Below are positions 55,320 to 61,584 of a stretch of 61,584 nt of DNA, piece after piece. The notes beneath the pieces are model-generated. The model was not told the DNA's origin and searched no databases. It was given only the letters and a program-made list of their open reading frames with translations. The position numbers were made by a program, and so were the translations under genes. The stretch covers positions 1 to 61,584 of IMG/VR virus record IMGVR_UViG_3300025759_000098; one strand, written 5' to 3'. Position 1 is the first letter of the stretch. The number at the start of each line of letters is the position of its first letter. Origin of the DNA: a virus (Duplodnaviria > Caudoviricetes).

Positions 55320-55845
55320 CTGTTAATTTATATTTAGTTTCTATTGCAGCGATGTTACCACCAGCAGTTATATACTCTTTAGCTTTTGTTAATTGCTCTT
55401 TTGTTATAGCTGGCTTAGCCGCTTGTTTAATTTTATTTACAGCACCATTTTTACCGTGTTGATTAGTAGAGTCAGCATCAGCTGTATCATCGATTAGAAA
55501 TAAATTACCTAAAGCATATTTCTTACCGTATGAAGAAGCGGCACCGAACTGCTGAGCGGTTTGCATACCTTTTTGATTAAGGTCTACACCGACTATAGCA
55601 GTAGCGTGTATACTGTCTTTACCATCTGATATTGTTGCTGTTGATTTGATTGTTGGAACAGGGTCAGTCATGATTAACTCTTCATTAAGAGTGACTGTGA
55701 CGCCATGTTTCAAAAGGAAAGGCTTTGTAGCCTCTAGTATATCTTCGGCTTTCCTGAAATAATACTTACCGAACGAGTTGTAACTCGATTTTTTAGCTTT
55801 TAATTCAGTCTGAATTGTAGCTAGTTTTTGGTTTAATTCTTTCAT
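55288..55845 (-). CDS. ERF-family single-strand annealing protein
   Basis: GAASSYGKKYALGNLFLIDD..DAD motif; likely start MKELNQ at 55845. Confidence 0.85.
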   Translation of the reverse strand: MKELNQKLATIQTELKAKKSSYNSFGKYYFRKAEDILEATKPFLLKHGVTVTLNEELIMTDPVPTIKSTATISDGKDSIHATAIVGVDLNQKGMQTAQQFGAASSYGKKYALGNLFLIDDTADADSTNQHGKNGAVNKIKQAAKPAITKEQLTKAKEYITAGGNIAAIETKYKLTDEQRKSLTTA

Positions 55846-55906
55846 ATTATTGGTATTTGGTGTACTATTATAGTCACACATTATTATTCATTTTTAACTG
55901 TATAAC

Positions 55907-56662
55907 CTACAGAAAGTCAATCACTTGCGAGTGATCTACATTATCTATAAGTTTGTTTACTGCTTGCTTTTTTAACTGTGATACACGTACATAAGAACTA
56001 CTACCTGTTATGTTCAACTTTTTAGCTATTTCATTAGCACTATGTTTCTCACAGTCTAGACCATAACTAAGCCTCAATACTTCATATTCTTTAGTGTCTA
56101 AATGTTGTTTTAACAAACTCATTAGATATGAATTTAACATTTGTACGTTGTAAGGTTCTGATTCATCAGGTATTTGATATGCCATATCTTCATCTGAAGG
56201 CGAAGCATCAATACTTAGAAACAAACTATTAAAATACATTTCAACCATCTTTTTATCTTTATCAAAGTTTTTACGTATCTCGTTTATTTTATGTTCAGGT
56301 ATTCTCATTGTACCTCTGTTTTTATCTATTTGTCTACGTATACTACCTTTAATTCTTTTTGAAAAGAAAGACTTTATTGTTTTTTCCATATCATCAGACT
56401 CGTTCCACTTTTCATAATCAATTTTTTGACTAGCTTGTACTAAACCTAAATTACCTGACTGTATCAAATCCATTATAGTCATTACACCAGAAGCTTGTTG
56501 TGTTGTACTAAACTTTCTAGCTATATTTTCTACAAGAGGTAAGAATTTTATTACTAGTTCTTCTCTAGTATATTCGTCCCACATTTTGCCCTCTAGTCTT
56601 TTTATAGCCTTTTCAACATCTCTTTTGTATGAAACATAGTTTCTAATATTGTACTTTTTCAT
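55907..56662 (-). CDS. Phage sigma-70-family RNA polymerase sigma factor
   Basis: Region 2 DLIQSGNLGLV; region 4 EIAKKLNI...RVSQLKKQA. Confidence 0.85.
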   Translation of the reverse strand: MKKYNIRNYVSYKRDVEKAIKRLEGKMWDEYTREELVIKFLPLVENIARKFSTTQQASGVMTIMDLIQSGNLGLVQASQKIDYEKWNESDDMEKTIKSFFSKRIKGSIRRQIDKNRGTMRIPEHKINEIRKNFDKDKKMVEMYFNSLFLSIDASPSDEDMAYQIPDESEPYNVQMLNSYLMSLLKQHLDTKEYEVLRLSYGLDCEKHSANEIAKKLNITGSSSYVRVSQLKKQAVNKLIDNVDHSQVIDFL

Positions 56663-57035
56663 TTTTAATAGGTTGTTTAATAATTACTTTTTTAATTTTA
56701 TTTCCATTGAATAATAAAGTTGTGTCACTACTGTTTACAGTTATAGTTTTTTGTAATCCTAAAAAGTTCATAGTAGTAATATCTTTTTGTTTATTATCTA
56801 TATGATATTCTACACAATCACAGTCATCATATAAATCTAAAACTAATATCTCATTGTTTTTTATTCTTAGTTTTACACTTTTTACTGGACTTATTACTGT
56901 GTTTATTTTGCTAGTGTAATAGTTAAATTCAAAGTGAATGTTACCAGCCACCATACTACATATTGTATCTTTCGCTTGTGAATAACTAAATCCAGCTATC
57001 AACAAGCCTGCTATTGTTAGTTTTATTTTCTTCAT
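56643..57035 (-). CDS. Hypothetical exported protein
   Basis: Signal peptide-like MKKIKLTIAGLLIAGFSYSQ. Confidence 0.6.
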   Translation of the reverse strand: MKKIKLTIAGLLIAGFSYSQAKDTICSMVAGNIHFEFNYYTSKINTVISPVKSVKLRIKNNEILVLDLYDDCDCVEYHIDNKQKDITTMNFLGLQKTITVNSSDTTLLFNGNKIKKVIIKQPIKNEKVQY

Positions 57036-57652
57036 AATTGTTTATTTAATAGTTGTTTTTCACGTTTTAATTCTACACCCATGTTTCTATGTATAGTTCG
57101 ACTAGTACATTTTAATAGCTTTGCTAGTTTAGCTATGGTAATTTTATTACCATTATTATTTATTTCTAACATACAGTCATAGATGTCATCTTCTGTTATA
57201 CGCTTCGTTCTACCTATTAATTCACCTACAACTCTTAATTTTTCTTGTTTACATAAGTTATTATATGGTTTGAATATAACTTTACGTAGTTTATTTTTTG
57301 GTGGTTGATCTAAATCTAGCATGCTAACTTCATATACTATTTTATCTAACAAAGCGCTAGATATGTTAAAACTTACAAAACCATTTTGTTTGTGAGTTAT
57401 AAATTCAGCTACTTCATTAAATTTAGTCTGATCCATGTCTGGGTTTAGATACCATATAACAAGTAAATGCCACTTTAGTGATTTGTAAGTTGTTATCTGA
57501 GCCGTACTTCTAAACAGTTCATAACACTCGTACGTACCATCTTCATAAAACATATAGCACTCGTTTTCTATAGTAGGTTTGTCTGTTATAGGAAACCTTC
57601 TATATACGATGCGCCACATATCTAGTGTATTTGTTTTTCTGTTTTGTGACAT
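57032..57652 (-). CDS. C-terminal HTH DNA-binding protein (possible replication initiator or regulator)
   Basis: ITIAKLAKLLKCTSRTIHRNM HTH. Confidence 0.6.
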   Translation of the reverse strand: MSQNRKTNTLDMWRIVYRRFPITDKPTIENECYMFYEDGTYECYELFRSTAQITTYKSLKWHLLVIWYLNPDMDQTKFNEVAEFITHKQNGFVSFNISSALLDKIVYEVSMLDLDQPPKNKLRKVIFKPYNNLCKQEKLRVVGELIGRTKRITEDDIYDCMLEINNNGNKITIAKLAKLLKCTSRTIHRNMGVELKREKQLLNKQL

Positions 57653-57659
57653 TAGCCTA

Positions 57660-57803
57660 TTACTCTTTATTCTTAGGGGCTGTTGTCACAGTCCCCTGTG
57701 GTTTTAATTTTGCAAGAATTATTCTTGTTCTTTCTGGGTAATCTATATTACCGTATTTAATATCATTAAATTGTTTTATTCTTTTAATAAGGTCTTCGTT
57801 CAT
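57660..57803 (-). CDS. 47-aa hypothetical protein (not in ORF track)
   Basis: Hand-translated MNEDLIKRIKQFNDIKYGNIDYPERTRIILAKLKPQGTVTTAPKNKE. Confidence 0.45.
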   Translation of the reverse strand: MNEDLIKRIKQFNDIKYGNIDYPERTRIILAKLKPQGTVTTAPKNKE

Positions 57804-58257
57804 ATATCTTTTCTTTTTTAGGGTTTGCTACTATATATTTTTCACCTATGTAATAATTCCAATAAGCTTGTATACTACACGGGTCTTTGTACTCATCAGG
57901 CATTGCTTGTGGTGGTTGTGTGAAACCATTATCATATATACCACCTGGTACATATTTTAATACGTCAGCACATTTAGTTATTGATAAATGTATTTTACCA
58001 TAACGTTTACTGTACTCACGACCTAAGGCTATCATATGATTGTATAACCATTCATAATGAGGTTTAGACTGTCTACACCATATAGTTGACGGATGATTCT
58101 TATGAGCTATTTTGTAAGGTACATTCTTACCATGTATATCTACATGATGAGCCGTACATAACATTTGAGCTGACTCAAGTATCATTTTAACTACATGTTT
58201 GTTATATTGTAATTTAGCCGCTTTTTCAGGGCATTTGTCTAAGTAAAATATATTCAT
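57784..58257 (-). CDS. Pyrimidine-dimer DNA glycosylase-like (DenV superfamily) protein
   Basis: MNIFYLD, KHVVKMILESAQML, HKNHPSTIW, PPQAMP. Confidence 0.8.
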   Translation of the reverse strand: MNIFYLDKCPEKAAKLQYNKHVVKMILESAQMLCTAHHVDIHGKNVPYKIAHKNHPSTIWCRQSKPHYEWLYNHMIALGREYSKRYGKIHLSITKCADVLKYVPGGIYDNGFTQPPQAMPDEYKDPCSIQAYWNYYIGEKYIVANPKKEKIYERRPY

Positions 58258-59117
58258 TATTCGTAATCTCTAATACATTTAAACAATGGGTGTCTGTAAC
58301 TACCCGCTTTAGTTCTTTCAAAGAATGTAAAAGTTGCTGTTGCACCTATATAATAAGGCGCTCTAAACAATAGATTTTTTAAATCTTTGTAATTGTAACC
58401 TTTACCTGGTGGACAACCAAACTCTATACCGTTTTCGTCAACCATAAGGAATTTACCTAACGTACCTTTACGTTTACCTTTACCTTCAACAAAGCCTACA
58501 ATAGTAGCTTCAGCATCGGAAAAGTCTTTGAACTTTCTTAGACTGTGTGATCTTTTACATTGATACACATCATTAGTACGTAGTATAGAGCCTTCGTAAC
58601 CTGCATCTAGGTTTTGTTGGTGTATAACTTTAGATAAAGACTCACTAGCGACTGCTTGTGTCTTTACATGTTTGATACAGTAACTTGGTTTAACGTGTTT
58701 ACTAATAAAGTAATTACGCTCTTCAAACGTAAGTGTTTCATCAATTATATCATAACAATGAAATTGTACGTTTTCGGCTGATTTAAGTATGTCCTTGTCA
58801 GTCGGTTTTGTTTTTCTGACCATAGATATGATTTGTTCAAAATCGTCTTTAAAATCATGATTATACAACTCGCCATCGAGTATAACATTAGGATGTTTGT
58901 CAAAGAAAGGTACAAGCTCTTGTAGTATGTGATCAATATTTTTCCACTCTTTACCCGTACGTGAATAAGCTTTTACTTTCATATCTTTAAATACATCTGT
59001 AAATTCAGCTTGTATCACACATCTAACACCATCTAGTTTTGGTTGCATAGACACTTTGTCATATATAATTGGTTTATTGTTAACAGGATATGCTAACATT
59101 GGTTTTTTTCTTATCAT
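58257..59117 (-). CDS. ATP-dependent DNA ligase
   Basis: KLDGVR, LDGELY, EGSILR, RHP motifs. Confidence 0.92.
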   Translation of the reverse strand: MIRKKPMLAYPVNNKPIIYDKVSMQPKLDGVRCVIQAEFTDVFKDMKVKAYSRTGKEWKNIDHILQELVPFFDKHPNVILDGELYNHDFKDDFEQIISMVRKTKPTDKDILKSAENVQFHCYDIIDETLTFEERNYFISKHVKPSYCIKHVKTQAVASESLSKVIHQQNLDAGYEGSILRTNDVYQCKRSHSLRKFKDFSDAEATIVGFVEGKGKRKGTLGKFLMVDENGIEFGCPPGKGYNYKDLKNLLFRAPYYIGATATFTFFERTKAGSYRHPLFKCIRDYE

Positions 59118-59545
59118 CTGTCTTCGTATTCAAATTTAGTTATTAATTTATCTGGTTTACCTACAAATATACAATTATCATTGTAATCGAATATACTTAT
59201 CCATACACCATGACCTTCTTTACACCATATAAAGTATTCATAGTCTTCCCAGTCTCTTTCACCTGGTTTACGTAAGTATATTTGACCTGGTTCATCTTTT
59301 AGGTATTTAACTGTTTGAGCTGCTAAACAACCCATACCATTGGCCACTTTTTCTTGGTCATAAGCACCTAACCCATTTACTACTTTAAAGTCTTGTAGAT
59401 AACTAGCTAGTGTCACACCTAAACCTGACGGATAACCATCGTAGTGGTTATATATTTGTATGTGTATTTTATCCACACCTGGATGTTCGCTGAAAGTTAC
59501 TCCATCTTCTCTTTCAACGAAATTTATTAATGCTCTTGTTGCCAT
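59114..59545 (-). CDS. Hypothetical phage protein (HYDGYP motif)
   Basis: 143 aa; YNHYDGYPSGLG. Confidence 0.7.
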   Translation of the reverse strand: MATRALINFVEREDGVTFSEHPGVDKIHIQIYNHYDGYPSGLGVTLASYLQDFKVVNGLGAYDQEKVANGMGCLAAQTVKYLKDEPGQIYLRKPGERDWEDYEYFIWCKEGHGVWISIFDYNDNCIFVGKPDKLITKFEYEDR

Positions 59546-59555
59546 ATTTTATTTA

Positions 59556-59586
59556 TATTATCTGTTACTATTCGTATTTAATTTGT
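59556..59586 (-). promoter_or_regulatory. Bipartite motif copy 2, putative promoter
   Basis: ACAAATTAAATACGA-ATAGTAACA-GATAATA, 10 nt upstream of the ATG at 59545. Confidence 0.65.
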
Positions 59587-59588
59587 AT

Positions 59589-59632
59589 TAGTGGTAGGTA
59601 AGGAGTCGAACCTTACAAATAACCATTCTACC
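59589..59632 (-). other. tRNA-like minihelix (T-arm plus short acceptor-like stem)
   Basis: GGTAG-N11-GTAAGG-TTCGACT-CCTTAC-CTACC-A on the - strand. Confidence 0.45.
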
Positions 59633-59899
59633 TTAGTCTAGTAAGACCATATAAGCTTCTGGACTGTACTTTTTAAACCAGTCTAGACCCTTTCTAAGAT
59701 CTTGTACGTGTTGAGGAGTATTGAACATACCCATTTCAATAACTACTGAAGCACCGATACAGAAATCATACATACTGAGTTCTATATTGTTCAGTTCTAT
59801 ACTACCTCCTCCAAACCTATTTTGTACTACGTCGCCTTTGTCGTAAATTTGACCGTTAAACCAGCTAGGTACTGGTTGTTCTTTAGTTGTTGTACTCAT
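59633..59899 (-). CDS. Hypothetical protein
   Basis: 88 aa; ends PEAYMVLLD. Confidence 0.7.
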   Translation of the reverse strand: MSTTTKEQPVPSWFNGQIYDKGDVVQNRFGGGSIELNNIELSMYDFCIGASVVIEMGMFNTPQHVQDLRKGLDWFKKYSPEAYMVLLD

Positions 59900-60167
59900 A
59901 ATATTTCATTTTTAATTTTTCAATAATTGCTCTACCTGTTCCCGTGTTAAAACCATAACTATGTGTATGTAGTTGAGGTATAGGATCATTAAAGAACAAT
60001 AGTTTCATCAAATCTTTAGCCGTTACGCTTTTGTCATAAAATTTACTTGATTTAAAGTTTAAAACTACGTCATTACACGCTTTAGATACAGCTATGGGAC
60101 AATGTCTAAACTTCTCATCTGTCCTCCACGCCATATATTCTTCTACTTGTTTACTTGTTATCTTCAT
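59883..60167 (-). CDS. Hypothetical protein
   Basis: 94-aa ORF in the co-oriented run. Confidence 0.65.
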   Translation of the reverse strand: MKITSKQVEEYMAWRTDEKFRHCPIAVSKACNDVVLNFKSSKFYDKSVTAKDLMKLLFFNDPIPQLHTHSYGFNTGTGRAIIEKLKMKYYEYNN

Positions 60168-60168
60168 A

Positions 60169-60543
60169 TTATATTATTTTTTGTGCTTCAGTTATTGTAT
60201 TTTCTTCTGTACTCAATGGTAATACATTGAATCTTTGATCTATCTTATTCATAATAGAGTTTGTTAGTTCATAAGTAGACTGCATACCAATACTTTCGAT
60301 GTATACTCTACCATCGTACTCCATACCGAAATCAACGTCATAGCCATCTGGATCATCAAAGTTAAAACCTTCGACAGCATCTTCGATCGCATTACCTATT
60401 TCTTCGTACAGTTCTCCTGTGATTTTAGTTTTACTTACATTTTCTAACTCTTTTTGTTTAGTCGTTAAGTCAGTTTGTAATGACTGTATTTTTTCTTGTA
60501 AGCCTTTTACTGTAGCTTCTAACAGTTCTTTTGTTTCACTCAT
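60169..60543 (-). CDS. Hypothetical coiled-coil/acidic protein
   Basis: 124-aa ORF. Confidence 0.65.
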   Translation of the reverse strand: MSETKELLEATVKGLQEKIQSLQTDLTTKQKELENVSKTKITGELYEEIGNAIEDAVEGFNFDDPDGYDVDFGMEYDGRVYIESIGMQSTYELTNSIMNKIDQRFNVLPLSTEENTITEAQKII

Positions 60544-60545
60544 AA

Positions 60546-60689
60546 TTATTTAATTTTATTATTACTATTTTTTTCATATTCTTCTATATTCTTATTAAAT
60601 ATACTTTTCCGTATACTACATTTTATCTGTGAGGTGATATACATACCGAGTACTACACCTACACCTAATATTATTATTAATTCTATCAT
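60546..60689 (-). CDS. 47-aa single-TM protein (not in ORF track)
   Basis: Hand-translated MIELIIILGVGVVLGMYITSQIKCSIRKSIFNKNIEEYEKNSNNKIK; ATGA overlap with the upstream gene. Confidence 0.55.
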   Translation of the reverse strand: MIELIIILGVGVVLGMYITSQIKCSIRKSIFNKNIEEYEKNSNNKIK

Positions 60690-61189
60690 GTTATATTATA
60701 TCTATGTCCGTTAATAATTACTTTTACTTCTGGTTCTTCTTTTTGTACGTTTTCTAAATCAAATTCATACTTCCACTTAGGTACAAACTTACCATCTTCA
60801 ACCTGATTCGCTTGTTTTATGTAGTAATTTTTGAGACAATAGTCTACTAAGTACTCAAGTCTATCAACTTCATTTGGTATTAGTTTACACGTTCTTGTGG
60901 TAAATTTTCTATACAATGGTCTACCACACCAGTCTTTCTTATCTGTACTATAATACTGTGGTTCACTTTCACATCTTTTGTTTAGTTGATAAGGTGTATA
61001 ACCACCGTTCATACGTCTTACATAACCTTTTTTGAAACTACCAACTTCTATATATTGTCCATACATTTTTATTGGTAATCTAAATACTCTTGTACCATTT
61101 TTCTTTTGTCTTGATGTTGTAACGTCTTGAAAACCAAGTAGTTTCATTTTAAACATTACATCACCATAACCTGTGTAATTTTTACTCAT
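60686..61189 (-). CDS. Hypothetical protein
   Basis: 167-aa ORF. Confidence 0.7.
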   Translation of the reverse strand: MSKNYTGYGDVMFKMKLLGFQDVTTSRQKKNGTRVFRLPIKMYGQYIEVGSFKKGYVRRMNGGYTPYQLNKRCESEPQYYSTDKKDWCGRPLYRKFTTRTCKLIPNEVDRLEYLVDYCLKNYYIKQANQVEDGKFVPKWKYEFDLENVQKEEPEVKVIINGHRYNIT

Positions 61190-61190
61190 A

Positions 61191-61520
61191 TTATTTATTT
61201 TTATTATCTATTACTTCTTTCATTGTTAGACCATCTTCATTTACGTAATTTTCAAAAGCGTAATTAAGTAATTCTTGGTCGTTTTCATCCAACTTTGTAC
61301 CGTCTTCAAGTGTCCAGTTAGGAGACTTATGGTCTACAAACACCGTATCTTCAGGAACTTCTTCAATGTCAATTAGTTGTGTTATGTAGTCACCATGTCC
61401 ACAAATCAACTCCATTTGAAAGTTTTGAATCGCTTTTTTCACACTTCTACCGTATACTATTTGTATACATCTCATTTCTGTAGAGTCTTTGTACTCTATT
61501 TTAAATCTTTTTTGTTTCAT
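61191..61520 (-). CDS. Hypothetical protein
   Basis: 109-aa ORF downstream of motif copy 1. Confidence 0.65.
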   Translation of the reverse strand: MKQKRFKIEYKDSTEMRCIQIVYGRSVKKAIQNFQMELICGHGDYITQLIDIEEVPEDTVFVDHKSPNWTLEDGTKLDENDQELLNYAFENYVNEDGLTMKEVIDNKNK

Positions 61521-61537
61521 ATTATTATATTTTATTA

Positions 61538-61568
61538 TATTATCCTTCTCGTGTCGTATTTAGTTTGT
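61538..61568 (-). promoter_or_regulatory. Bipartite motif copy 1, putative promoter
   Basis: ACAAACTAAATACGA-CACGAGAAG-GATAATA upstream of the ATG at 61520. Confidence 0.65.
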
Positions 61569-61584
61569 GTTAACATAACATTGT

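Noticed and set aside
59589-59632. Complete tRNA gene
   Set aside because: No D arm or anticodon arm and only ~44 nt; reported as a tRNA-like element instead.
1-61584. Alternative genetic code or stop-codon reassignment
   Set aside because: Standard-code ORFs tile the window densely, including a 10-kb ORF, and TAA, TAG and TGA all end genes.
1-61584. Prophage or temperate lifestyle
   Set aside because: No integrase, repressor pair or flanking host genes were recognised in the window.

Overview
The window looks like most or all of the genome of an AT-rich tailed phage, probably a lytic podovirus-like phage of marine Bacteroidota (Flavobacteriia). Host and family are inferred from gene content, not from a database search. 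It has two convergent arms that meet at a bidirectional terminator (~47.62 kb). The + arm (185-47609) carries GroEL/GroES, a holin, terminase, portal, scaffold, major capsid, tail and ejection proteins, a 3387-aa polyvalent protein, an envelope/secreted-protein cassette and an M15 endolysin. The - arm (47636-61520) carries class II ribonucleotide reductase, resolvase, NTP pyrophosphatases, a T4 gp42-like dCMP (hydroxy)methylase, primase-helicase, SSB, RecE/ERF, a sigma factor, a DenV-like glycosylase and DNA ligase. I recognised no DNA polymerase, integrase, CRISPR array or complete tRNA. Most striking: about 12 otherwise unrelated small genes share an N-terminal M-(A/G)-F/Y-K-M/Q-K-G type leader and/or internal S-P-x-K/E/Q boxes. 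One of them is an HExxH metalloprotease, and the scaffold ends in a similar FKFK motif. Together this suggests a capsid-targeting and proteolytic cargo-loading system. Also notable: FSK boxes bracketing domains of the giant protein, a cytosine-modification cassette, a possible phage-encoded T9SS cargo, a three-copy bipartite promoter-like motif and a tRNA-like minihelix.
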